Below the pieces are notes generated by a model. The model ran no database searches and was not told where the DNA came from. It saw only the letters and a program-made list of their open reading frames with translations. 64,000 nt of DNA from Basidiobolus meristosporus CBS 931.73 (Eukaryota > Fungi > Basidiobolomycota), in contig MCFE01000140.1 in the NCBI GenBank assembly GCA_002104905.1, positions 93,189 through 157,188 of the forward strand. The letters are read 5' to 3'. The position numbers and the translations under genes were made by a program. How positions within the stretch are numbered: the stretch's first letter is position 1; the number at the start of each line of letters is the position of its first letter. Shown in pieces: positions 25,101-37,330 of this stretch.

Positions 25101-26846
25101 TCCCATATATGCAGGCTTCACAGTGCTTCAAATTAGCTGGGGGATCAATTTTCACTACAGAAATTAGCTGATTTTTGATCATTTTACGCAAATAATCAAA
25201 ATCAATGTGTCCAAATCTCCTGTGCCAAAGCATTGGTGTTTCTTCATTTAAGTTACTTATATTGGCTTCAAGATATGATGGAATATAAGTCAACTTGTAT
25301 AGATTCTAATCTCCAATGCCCAAAGTAATATGGGCACCATTTTGATCAGTGGTCCTGCATCCAGAATTGTCAAAACTGAAACTGAGTCCTTCTGCTGTGG
25401 CCTTACTTACAGAGAGTAGGTTCTTGGCTATTTCTGGTACATAGGGTACTTCTTTAAAGGTCAGTGTATGGCTTCCTTCACTGCTTCTACGGTTTACTTG
25501 GATAGCTCCTTCTCCCACTGCATCAAGTGTTCTATTGTCACCCATGAAAACCCTCTTAATTGGAATTTCTTGATATTGGGTAAAAAGTTCTTTTTGTTGT
25601 GTAAAGTGTTGAGATGCTTCAGAGTCAATATACCACATCTGAGAATCCTTGTTTGTGGTCATATTTAGTGCAGATGTGAATAGTCTATCTTCAGTTGTTG
25701 CAGCATTTCCATATTAAAGCTTCTTTTGCTGATTATCTTTCTTTTTGAGACACCCATCTGATGTGTGTCCTTTCCTTTTGCAGTAGTTACAAAAGAGGTT
25801 GCTGTTGCCTTTGTAGGGTCTTGGGTACCTCCCTTGCTGGTTATCACTGCTTATTAAAGCATTTTCTTCTTCCTTCTTATTGGCACTAGATTTTCTTAAT
25901 TCTTCATCCAGGAGCCTTCCACATACGTAATTTAAGGTCAAATCTTCAGTTCTGGACTCTAGGGCTGATACAAGACCCTGAAGCTTGTCTGTCAGGCTAT
26001 CCAGGATGGTAAATATCACATCCTTATCAGTAGTTGGTACACCCACAGATTCCATCTCATCTACCAGCAGGGTAATTCTGTAAATTAGATTTTTCATTTC
26101 TTTTCCTGGCAGCATCTTTATAGTACAGAATTTTTGTCTCAGATACATTTTTTTAGCAGCTGAACATGACTGGTAGGTGTCTTCTAATGCCTTCCAGGCA
26201 CTCTTTTCTATTTTTGCTTTTGAGCATTGAATTAGCAATTTGTCTTTAACATCAAGGCAAATGCAGTCAAAGGCACTTTGTTCTTTCTTCTGGTACTTTA
26301 AGGCTTCCTCTCCCACGTTTTTAGGAGGGCATCCTTCTCCCATGACAATATCCCAAAGGTCTCTTTCTTGTAGTAGCACTTTCATCTTCACCTTCCACAC
26401 TTGGTAGTTAGATCCATCCAACTTTTCAGCAGAGGGAAAAATTCCAGTAATAGCAGTAGTAGACATTGCAGAGAGTGACAGCTTGGGGCTCCTAACCTGT
26501 TGTAAGAGTCTTGGAGTTATTGGAAGTGATTTGGGAGGACAAGTAGATTATGTGGTTTTCACTTAATGATTTATTGAATGTAAAAGTAGTGTTTATACTT
26601 TTACCAGGTCTTGGCATTACAGGTACATAGAATAGGTTAAGGAAGGTGCGAAGAACATGTGTGCAAAGCTTGGGGCTGTTTGGACAACTTTGAGAATTTT
26701 CATGTTCTGGGTACCTGGTATTTTGGTGAAAATACTCAAGTAAATCCCAACAAGGAATTTGGTCAGTATTCTCTAGGATTTGAAGGTAATAATCTAAGTG
26801 ACTAAGTTAGGTAAATATCTAGGTGGAAATTCAAATTTTTACAACA
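22167..26846 (-). mobile_element. Ty1/copia retrotransposon (copy 2), near full length: 5' LTR 26498-26846, PBS 26486-26497, 3' LTR 22167-22515; no TSD
   Basis: Both LTRs are 349 bp. PBS GGTTAGGAGCCC. gag 25714-26466 with a CCHC knuckle (CNYCKRKGHTSDGC), PR 25306-25662, IN 24107-25293, RT/RH 22637-24034. Flanks are CTTCT and GAATC. Confidence 0.96.
22637..24034 (-). CDS. Copia reverse transcriptase-RNase H, 465-aa open segment
   Basis: [53 protein letters not shown]. Confidence 0.93.
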   Translation of the reverse strand: MTEEYQALMENQTWDLVKLPINQKSIGCRWVFKTKYKADGTIERYKARLVAKGYSQTKGLNYTETFAPVAKFNSIRLILAIAAKYKFFIHQMDVKTAFLNGELDEDVYMDQPDGFVDQDNPHLVCKLKKSLYGLKQSPRAWNCKIDSYLESLSFKRSNADYSIYYKPDRANPVLLALYVDDLIIAANNLETLEETKSSLSKEFKMSDLGELSYYLGIKFSIDRSTQTITLSQSKYIQDILKKYKMEDCKPAATPMETNLNLVKTQPNQESLVPFESPDFPYQSMVGSLMYIMLGTRPDISYSVGVVSQHNQNYGSDHIAAVKRIFRYLKGTADICLRYTYKNSEQDLVGYSDADWGQNLEDRRSTTEYTFLYCKGAISWNLRKQPTVALSTTEAEYMAACEATKEAMWLRKLFADLGLCQKTPITLFQDNQGCIQLGRNPTFHARTKHIDIRHHFIQEAIENNLA

Positions 26847-29445
26847 GAATCACCCCTCTTTATTTGCTTACACACTACTACCTTGGGTATTCCACATATA
26901 GTTTGAATCAAAAAAACTATAGCCTCCTGCTTGCTAAACTCTACAAACATGTACACCTGCCACAATTGACATACTTCTATTACATCAACTTTAGGGCTTT
27001 TTAGTGTGATACTTGCAAAGTTGCCAGATACCTTGTATTGCTGGTATCATATACATCTTGTAAACATATGCTTGGTTATTGCCACTTCTGCCATGAATAC
27101 CTCCTGAATATCCGCAAGAACTTCTTGGAGTTTAGCCAATATATTCCTTCTCCCTGCTATATTCTAGTCCCCCTTATAGGTGTGCTCTGGCTTTTGTTTG
27201 TGTGAGTTGCATATTGAATGGTGTAGAAGTTGGCTTGTGACCACAAGAAGTCTGGCATACCTTGGTAGAGTTTTCCTCATAATAATCAGTTTCTTGCTGC
27301 ACCCAACCCAACTTTGCATTACTTAGCTGATTACCCATGCATTGGGGCTGCTTAGCTTCTTAATGCCATAGGCATAGGTGTCTCCATGTGCACAATTGTC
27401 CTCAGTATTTTCCAACTCTTTCTGGCTGTCCTGCATGTGCCAACTCATCACATCCATGATGGACTTGAAGGTAATATTCTTGATGAGATTGGGCTATTGC
27501 AGTACCTGCAACTTGATTTGACTTCCTATCTCCTCATACATCTGCTCCATAGGAAACTCCAAAAAGGTAAAGCAAGGCCCAATATTCTCCACACACCATG
27601 CAAGATGGAGTAGAGAATGGATACAGTAGCAGCAGAGATCTACATGTTCAGCTTTATGTTTGTAGTATTACCGCTCAAATCCTGTCACAAACTCCTTGCA
27701 CAACAGCCATAGATGCATCAAGTTAGCATTGGTGATATGCTTATGAATAAATATTCCTACATTGCCCACATATGAACCCCAATGCCTCCAATGTACTCTT
27801 GGTAGGAATAGCTTCAGAATGCTACATGAATAATCCCATATTTAGTTCATCCAGTCTGTGCATTTGTATTGTTGCATAGGCATATGAATATTAATTGGAG
27901 CCCCTGAGAAGTACTTAGGGTGGTGGATAATCTGTAATATCTTGCCAATTCTTCCAAATTCCTCCAGTATCTCAGATGGCTCATTTAGCTTGAAATGCCC
28001 ATGTTCAACTTGGTCATCAGTATAGGGATATTGTTGAAAGGCAAATGCATTGCTCTCAGTGGAAAGCTTTTGCTCCAACAGATACCCTCTATCTTAAGTA
28101 TCTCCAGCTTCCAAATGATCCCATATTCTGGCCAATGGCTTAAAGCTTGCTAACCTTGCTGCAATTGCATGCTGACTTCAGTACATTTTCTCTGTGATAG
28201 ATGATGTTCTCAGTGTTGGTGTTTGGGTAATATTAATGTGTGTGAGTTATGGAGTAAATCCCCTGGTTCTAACAATATGCACTTTTACATGCCAGCCATT
28301 TACTGCTATCCTACTGGAAAGCATACAAAACGTATCCAGCAATGGATACAGGAAGCTATACAGGTTGGGCAGTGATTTAGGCCCAGATACCAGTGAGACT
28401 ACTGTCAGATTATTGCTTTGATACCATAAGATGGGCAGCAGACTCAGATTGATGAGAATCAATGGCCAGCAGGATTTGCTGGTAGAGTGCTTGTTTAACA
28501 AGAATCCATCAAGTACTAAGGCAAAAGCATGGTCATACATACCTTCAAAGTAGTCCTTGCTTCTTAGCTGTTTGTAATGTTTGCCATTGATTGTATTGGA
28601 TATGTTTGCACCTAATTGATACTGAGTGCGGTACTGTATAGCTTTGCAATACTTGTTGGACGGCATCAGTTTCCTCAGACATGGTATGAACAGAATATAT
28701 CTGGAGTGTGAACAATGTTTCACCTCAATGGTGGTGAATTCCTGACAATCTGGACAGGTTGCACTGGTAGCATTTTTGGTTGTGAATGCCATGCACTGCT
28801 AACATGTGCTGGAATCAGGACAGTCTCTGGATTGTATGTTGCCAGCCACATGATAGTGTTCCATCCTGGTATGATTTTGGCAAGAAGTAGTAATAAATCC
28901 TCAAAGCCCCCATTACTGATATTAATGGAAATGTTCCACTTCTCTAGCCACAACATTACGTCATTCACCAGTAGATGGATCACAGGGCTCACTTGGCTCC
29001 ATAGAGTGTCCTTGGCATTTGTTTCAACATGTGTTGTCTCATTGCATATAGGGATTTGACCAGGCCCATATGTGGTACTGTTGTAAGGGGCAATAGGCTC
29101 AAAATCCATCAGTGAACCTTCTTTGTCAGTGCTATCACTCTGTGTGCCATATTCAGAAGGCTGATATGAGCCTAAAGTTGTCACAGATTTACCTGACTCA
29201 GTTTGTGTAAGGTGACAAAGATGGCCAGGTGTTAATATAGGAGTATCAACCATCCAGCAAGATAATGTTGGTGCGGTATTGACAAATGAATGGTCAAATA
29301 TGACTTGGGTGGCAAAACACTGGCCGTGATCCTTGTGATACTTCCTATGCTGTCTGCTTGCTTCATGGCTGCAAGATTTGCCACAATAGCCACATGTTCT
29401 TTTTTCTCTTCTCTTACAGCATTGAGTCAAAGTAGTCTTGTCCAT
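26847..29445 (-). mobile_element. CACTA-like transposase remnant, copy C
   Basis: ORFs 28247-28792 (TCPDCQEF, LVLDGFLL, SLVSGPKSLP) and 28720-29445 (CGYCGK..H..H). It is a direct paralog of copy B. Confidence 0.82.
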
Positions 29446-29808
29446 GGGGTAAACAGTTTGACCTTCAACAATGTAACACTTTTATACCACTTTTTGGTCA
29501 ATAGTCATGTGAGCTTAAGATAGTCTTGTATTTGAGACATTGCACCTACATGTATGTAGAATTCAATGCTGACCCACCATAGTAAGCATTATAAGTAAAG
29601 TAGTGGTACCACATACATGTATATGTAGCACTATTTCCCCTTTGGTTTTACTCACTTCCATATATATGCTGCAAAAAATAAAGTAAGGTTGTCTGGTTCC
29701 CAACCAAACCCCACCACTGACAGCAACAGAAGAATGGTTGGACAATAGCTTGCTTTGACAATCAGTGCAACAAGCAGGGTTTCATCCAAAAAAGGCCCTG
29801 TGGACAGT

Positions 29809-30477
29809 AGACTTGTTCCGTTGGATAGTGCCACATTGAGCCATGAGTGCCAAATAGTGCCATTGCGTGCCAGAGAGGCATGGCAGACCTAAACTTGGCC
29901 CCAGAGTGTGAAATTTAGCTCTGCATCATCATGCAAAGCAGCCCCTGTGTTTCACCCATTGTGTTGGAGAAAATCCATTTTTTGACCTTTTTTTTTGGAT
30001 CAGTGTTGTGCAGGATGTGTAAGAGGACAGAAGGACTGAAGACATGCACCTGGTACTCAATACACATGGCACTCTGAATCTAGCTCCTGTAGCTTGTATC
30101 ATGTCACAAAAATAAATGGCACTATTTTGGTCCACTGGTACTATCTGGCACTATATTTAAATATTAGCCCTAAAGTAAGACCTATACAAAGCACTTACAG
30201 TGCCAGATTCAGAGTGCCATGTGTATTGAGTACCAGGTGCATGTCTTCAGTCCTTCTGTCCTCTTACACATCCTGCACAACACTGATCCAAATAAAAAGG
30301 TCAAAAAATGGATTTTCTCCAACACAATGGGTGAAACACAGGGGCTGCTTTGCATGAAGATGGAGAGCTATGTTTCACACTCTGTGGCCAATTTTAGGCA
30401 CACTTAGTCTCCCTGGCACACTTTGGCATCAAATGGCACTCATGGCTCAATGTGGCACTATCCAACGGAACAAGTCT
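29809..30477. mobile_element. 669-bp foldback MITE of the PHIS family, TSD AGT
   Basis: It has a 44-bp perfect TIR (AGACTTGTTCCGTTGGATAGTGCCACATTGAGCCATGAGTGCCA) and inverted arms ~29809-30081 and 30205-30477. AGT lies on both sides, and the empty site GACAGTGTG at ~18041-18049 has one AGT. Confidence 0.93.
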
Positions 30478-33070
30478 AGTGTGCTCATTGAAGGTAATAA
30501 TGCAGACCCCTCAGGCTCTCAGTCAAGTAAGCAATTGAGAACCTCTGTGGAGCCGCAAGCTGACCATTATGCTCAGGCAGATGAGAATGTAGCAAATGCA
30601 GTACCCTCAGTTGAAGACCAGCAAATGGCTGTCATAACATCACCACCACCCATATCAGCAAGTATGTTGTCAGCTCATACCAATGCATTAGTGAAGTAAT
30701 TAGGTGCAGTGGCTAATAGGATAGATGCAATGGCCTAGAGAAATCAGGAAATTGTCCAGAAACAGGATGAGTGGATAATATGTGTAGAGCTATCAATATT
30801 GCTGGTAGAGAAAGCAGTATTTTTGCTGCAAAGAAGAAACGCAAGTAGCTCAATGTCACAGCAAATAATTGAACTATTTCCCAGTGTAACAGCAGAGAAA
30901 CACTGTACAGTCTTTGAAGCACAACAACAGTGCCCAAAGATATAGCCCACAGAAAAACCTATCACAGTGTGGGAGGGAGACAATGTGGTGATTATACCAA
31001 AGCCTAAAAATCAAAAGACCTTGAAGATCTGTGAAGCTGTTGTATTGGTGTCACAGTGACACCCACTGACAGATGTGCTCATTCCCATATTTTCTACATC
31101 CCTGTTTCTCTACTACACTTATTTTAGTTTTATCACATTTGTGTTACTTGATCAGTACTCTCCCATAAGCCGGCTGACTATCACACCTGCTTACCTTATT
31201 GCATAAGTTATCCCTCACTTTATGTAAGATCACTAGCTATAAGTGGTTCAATATTAGGCAACCACCTGCACCAGTGCCTGTGATACATGATCAAACCGTG
31301 TCACCATCCCTACCATTTCTATACCATATATGGTATCTCTATGTTACACATGTTTCAAAGTAATGATTCCAGATTGGTTAGATGTGCTGTGTCCCTTAAA
31401 ACCTTCTTTTAACTGCTGGTGGATTTTACAGTTGTTTTGACTTTGGAAGCTTTAGTACATTGTCATCTCAAAGGACGCTAAACCCAGCACATACTTCTGT
31501 TAAGACACCCACTAAGTTAGGGATTGTGGCTCAGTAGTTTTTGCTTGACAAGCTTGTGGCTTTATTCTCCATCACATTATGTTAGAGACAGAGCCCAAGT
31601 ATTCCTAGCCAGCTTTTGCTAGAGGTTATTGCACCCAGTGAACATCCAACACACAAAACACTTGAGAAGTGTTGGATGTATTTCTCCCTTGGACTTATAC
31701 GCCACCATACTATTGAGTGCAATAATGAAGAGTGGGCTAATATTCAAGAGGCTGTCAGATGTCTAGCACACCATCACCTTAAGGCCAGCATACCATGGGA
31801 CCATCAGGAACTCCAGGCCAAGCAGAATGCACTTGACTTGTTCCATGAGCATTATTCTGGATTTAAACAGGCAAACAGAGTTTTGGCCAGCATTGGTATG
31901 CTAAGAAAGTATTTTTAAGAATAGCAGAAACTATTAAAGGCAGAACAAGAATGCCATGGCTAACAGCCAGCAGCTTCCTCAAGAGCCCATTACAAGCAGG
32001 GCTGAAAGCTCCAGACAAGCATCAAAGAGACGTCAGGTAGTGGGAAGAGTGCCAGTTAGGGACAAGCAGGCAGACACAGATGCACCAGCACAACATTTAT
32101 CAAGGAAAAAGCGTAATACCACTCATGAAGCACCCAGTCAAAGTAGCAGTGAAGGACATGGCAGTGATAAAAGCCAGCTGCTTTTACAGGAGCCTATCAC
32201 AACTATGGTTGAGAGCTCAAAACAAGTGGAAAAGTAACATCAGGTTGCCAGAAAAGTGCCAGCAAGGGGCAAGCAGGCCAAAATAGATGCATCAGAGCAG
32301 AATTTATCCAGGAGAAAGTGTAGTCCTTTACAAGAGCACCCAGACAAAGTAGCAGTGAAAGACCTGGCAGTGATAAAGGAAAAGGTAAAGGGAAGAATGT
32401 CTACCCAAGCCTGAGACAGGGAGGCATGCAAAAAAACTGCAGCACTCACCAATTAATGGTGCCAGCCTAGAGCAGACTGAATCCAATTATAGCCAAGAAA
32501 ATTACCAACAAGAAAACAGCTATTTTCACAAGAGTTGGAAGCGCAGCCAGTTGAGCTACACTTCAGTTAGGTAGATGAGTTTCCTGAAAAAGGCAGTTTG
32601 TCTACCACAGCCTCCACATCCTCTATTGTTGACACAGTGGAGATCCCACTGACAGACAAGGCTACAATTTTAAGAGCTTGAAAGACTATCACAATGCCTT
32701 AAGTGGAATTTTGGGACATTAATAGGCACACCAAGAGGTTGCAGTACCTCTTCAAGAGCAGTGCTCAAGAAAACGCACTGGAATATTGCAAGGATTTGTT
32801 GCAAAGACTGGCAGATGAGGTGCTAGACCTTGCAGTGCTAGCTGAGCCAGGATGTGTGGGAACCAGTGAATGATTAGTGGCACAAAGCTGTTGGGTTGCC
32901 ACCAAAGTTGTGGAACCAGAGCATTACAGCAGCAATACTTATTGAGTGGTGGATTTTAATGGAGTTACTTGTTGAGTGTGGGGTTGGGCTCAATGCTAGT
33001 GTAGGGTATTGGGACTTGTATAGGTCAATACAATTGGCAATTGAGGTACAACTGAAGTTTCAACAGAAAT
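30478..33070 (+). pseudogene. Degenerate CACTA-associated partner ORF (copy C)
   Basis: Direct paralog of 18038-20274, with the same 69-aa repeat and the same LTR insertion. Confidence 0.6.
31041..31709. mobile_element. Solo LTR (TGTAGTGG family) with an internal deletion
   Basis: Both ends match 58722-59792. Flanks are CTGT and CTAT. Confidence 0.82.
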
Positions 33071-33399
33071 AAATCAATTTGTACAGATGAAAAGTAAGAG
33101 AGATGGTTGAGTCAGGAAGTAAGGAGTGTGAAAAAGAGGCAATGGGCAATCAATGAATACAAACATAGGAGGCAATAGAGTGTCTGGGATCAGAAAGTGC
33201 GCAAATTGGCAGGGATCCACTTATATATTGTTGTGATGAAAAAATTTGACTAAGTTTTTTGTGAAATCTGGGGTGCAATTATTTTTCAACAGTCTCTGGA
33301 CAGTGTCCGGATGAGATCGGTACCTCTTAGTCATGGGACTTTGTAATGGCCTTTTGATGGCATCATCTCAATAATATCTCATAGGGCATGTGCAGAGCA

Positions 33400-35574
33400 C
33401 CTCATAATATTTGGTTGTTTAGCATATGTAAAAATACTGTCTGGAATTTGATCAATGCTTGAGCCAAAAATTGCAAATACATATTATTGAGCTACTGCAG
33501 TGAGAGTAAGGCAAAAGGATGCTTCAATATGAAGGCAAAGAAGCCATTGATGTCCAAGGATGTGCTGTTTGATCAAAGTGTGAAATGTTTTCAAGGTAGG
33601 ACTTCAGACAAAGGCAAAAATACCATCTCCAGTCCATCAATAGTCAGGATTGAATCAGAGCAAAACAATGCTGTTTATTGCACTCCAGACAGTTCTGCAA
33701 CTATGAATTAGCCTTGATTGGTATGCAAGAATATCTCTCTGGTGACCACTCCAATATTACAAAGCATATGATCCAACCAGATCAGAAATGGTCCAAATTA
33801 CTGTTCAATCAGCAGACAATCTGAGCTTATGCCTGCTCAGTTGGTACAGATGGACCCCAAACAGATAGAATACTCTTGAGCCAAAATACCAGTCAACACT
33901 AAAACCTTTGTACTGGTAGTCAAGCATGATTCCACCTAATTGTTATTGGCTATAGATACCAAATACAGGTTCTCAATCATCCGCTGAATGTAAAAACTGC
34001 TTCATTGAATGAGGAACTTGATAAGGATGTGTACATACACCAGCCTTATGGGTTTACTGACCAGGATCATACTTATCTGGTGTGCAAGCTTAAAAAAACT
34101 TTATAATGTGTTAAACAATCACTAAGAGCCTGGAATTGCAAAATGGATTTTTTTTGGAATCTTTGAGTTTCTAAAGAAGTACCACTGACTAAGGTATCTA
34201 CTATAAGTCAGATAGAGCAAATCCAGCTCTTTTGGCTCAATATGTGGATGATCTCACTATAGCCTCTATTAACCAAGAAGCATTGGCAGACACTAGAATC
34301 AGTCTATTGAAGATGTTTAAAATGTCCAACTGGGAGTGCTCAGTTACTACTTAAGGATATGTTCCTCCATAGACAGAAACGCCCAGATCTTTACCTCAAG
34401 CCAGTCTAAGTATATTCAAGGTAAACTCAGGAATCCCCAAGTGGAACACTTTCAACCAGCAGCTAGGTACTATGGAGACAAACATCCTGTTAATCAAATG
34501 CAACCAAATAAAGAGAACTTGGTGTCATTTTGAGGACCAGGCTCCCTTACCAACATATGGCTGGCAGCTTGATGTATACTTCACTAGGAAAACATCCAGA
34601 TATCTCATATTCAGTGGGAGTTGTCAGCTAATCTTACCAGAACAATGGATTTGATCATATTGCAGTAGTTGAGCATATTTTTAGATACCTGAAAGGTACT
34701 GCTGACATCTGCTCAAGGTTCACATTTAAGGGCTCAGAGCAGGATCTCTTGGGAAGCTCTGATGCTGATTTGGATCAAAATTTTGAAGACAAAAGACCTG
34801 CCACAAGATACACATCTTTATACTGCAAAGGAGCAATCTTATGGAAGTCAAGAAAGCAACCAACTATAGCACTTTCCATCATATTAGCAGAGTATATGGC
34901 AGTCTATGAGGGTACAAAAGTAGCAATAAGGCCAGTAAAACTGCTTAAAGACTTAGGCTTATATCACAAAGCCCCTACCACTTTGTTTCAAGATAATCAT
35001 GGATGCATAAAATAGGTAGAAATCAAACTTTCCATGGTTAAGCTGAGCACATAGATATTAGACATCATACATGTGTAAAGCTATAGAGAATAGACTTGTT
35101 AGTTTAGCTCACTGTCCTACAGATGAGATGATTGCAAACATACTTACCAAGCCATTGACTGGTGGCATGTTTGCATGTCCAGATCACAATTAGGACTTGT
35201 TAGCACTGGCATTTAGTTAAGTGGGAGTGTTGTTAAAATTTGTAGTTGCTCCTGAGTGTTCACCTGACTTAGTCATCTATACCTTTACCTACAAATCTGC
35301 AAGAGTTCTGACCAGATTCCTATTGGAATTCACTTGGAATATCTTGCTAAAACATCAGGTAACCACAACATGAGATCACTCAAAGTTGCCTAAGCAGCCC
35401 TAAACTTTGCTCACATGTTATTGGGACCTTTGCAAGCCTGTTCTCCACATTTGCTTTGCCAAGATCATGCCAAAGTATAAATACCACATTTACAACTCTT
35501 GTATCATTAAGTGAAACCCACATAAGTTATTTGTACTCCTGGTCACCTCATGTACCTCCAAAGCACTTGAAACA
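33400..35574 (+). mobile_element. Degenerate copia 3' half (second family) with LTR 35228-35574
   Basis: Decayed IN C-terminal, RT and RH motifs, PPT AAGTGGGAG followed by TGTTGTT. It is a longer version of 20595-21788. Confidence 0.85.
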
Positions 35575-35989
35575 GTATTTCTTTATCATTGCACCTGAGA
35601 ATTGCCCAAACATACCCATTTGAATTGCCACCTACAATCCTTAGAGAACTCTAACCAAATCCCTTAACAATATATAAAGAGCTTGCATCAAGATAAGCAG
35701 CCCCAGACTTTGTCCACATGTTATTTTGCCATGATCATGCTTGGAAATTCTGGGGCTGTTGGGACAGCTTAGAGACCTTTGATTTTTTAGGTACCTGATA
35801 TCTTGGTGAAGAAATTCCAAGCAAATCCCTACAAGCCATCTGGTAAGGCATCTCTGTAACTTATAGTCAATGATCTGGGTGACCAAGTTAGGTGTATATT
35901 TTGGTGTAATTACAAATCTAACAATTGAGTCCATGTTGTTGTCATGTTCTTCTCACTATCAATGTCTCCAACACTCAAGCACAACAACA

Positions 35990-37330
35990 CTCATCCAGCA
36001 ATGGACACAAATTGCAATCCAGACTGGATGGCATTTCAGGCCTCAACATTACAGAGGCTACCATCAGATATCTGCCAAGAGACAAGATGATTGGCACTAC
36101 ATGCAGGATGTTGAAAATCAGTGGCCAGCAGGATTTGCTGAGAGTGCCCTTGTTTGATGATATTCTAACCAGCACCAAGGCAAGGTAATTGTCACAAATA
36201 CCTTCAGACAAGCACTTGCATTTTGGGTGTATGCTATAGAGTTAGTTCATTGGACTGTGCCCAGGAGTATTGCACAATCATTGGTTGCAAAGATTGAATG
36301 AGTGCAATACCATCCCCTCCAGTAATCAAGACAGTTCTTGCACAATCTTGCACTATATGGTATGATCTTGAACATTATGACACTTTCTGAGACAATGTTG
36401 CTGATTTGGACAATTGCCCAACATACAATACTTCCATCATGTGGGCAGTTGAGTCCTATTTGTATGGTAGGTAAGTCCTGTATTTGGAGTTGTTTCATTA
36501 GTTAGAGAGGTGGTTAATATGTACCACACCATAGGCTTTATTGTAGCTTACCATTTCTGCTACCATCATCTTGATTGGATGGAATGTCATTGTTTGATGG
36601 GTCCTGAGGTATCCTGATGCTGTCAGCATCCAACTGGTCCAACATCTCAGATAGTGGCCACCTGGTTTGTTAGTAGGTATATGATTTTGTGGTGGGAGCA
36701 AGTATATCATGGTGCTAGTTGACTGGTGGAGGTGTCATAGCAAGCATGCAGCCAATCACTGGTGTGAACATAAAGTGTGGATATGTAGGATGCTTATCCA
36801 TAGGGGGATTGTCTGAGATCTGTGACCAACTTGATATCACTTATACTAAGATATAAAATGATCAGTAGTATGCAACAGTAAGATTTAGGTTGCTGAAACA
36901 ACTTTGTGCTGTTTGGATTGTGACAGATTGCAACAAGCTGAAAGCAATCAAATCATTGCTCCCTTGTACACTTCTCCCAAAGGAATTATTACTGAAGTGT
37001 TGGGTGGTGACACACTTTGCACATCTATACCACTTGCTTGTTGGCTATCATCCTAACCATGTGTGTACTGGTAGTCAGTGTTTTTCATCCTAGTTGCCAA
37101 GTTCAGTGCTCTAGATTGGTTGCGCTGAGTTGTGTTGTAAGAGTTTTGGAGCTATTAGAGGTGATGGGGAAAATCAGTAGATCGTGTGGCTTTCACTTAA
37201 TAATTCAATGAATGCAAAAACAATATTGGTGCTTTCGCATGGTCTTGACAATACAGGCATCTAGATTATGCTTAGGATGGTCTCAAGTGCATGGGTGAAA
37301 GGTTTTGGGCTGCTAGGACAACCTCTCAAT
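35990..37330. mobile_element. Mosaic of old fragments: CACTA transposase piece (~35990-36200), diverged PHIS piece (~36730-37125), diverged copia LTR piece (37133-37330)
   Basis: Visual similarity to 28400-28560 (reverse), to 13570-13960 and to the LTR 3' end (TGTTGTAAGAG at 37133). Confidence 0.6.

Noticed and set aside
35954-35965. CACTATC as a CACTA terminal inverted repeat
   Set aside because: No matching TAGTG end or 3-bp TSD was found; more likely a deletion junction.
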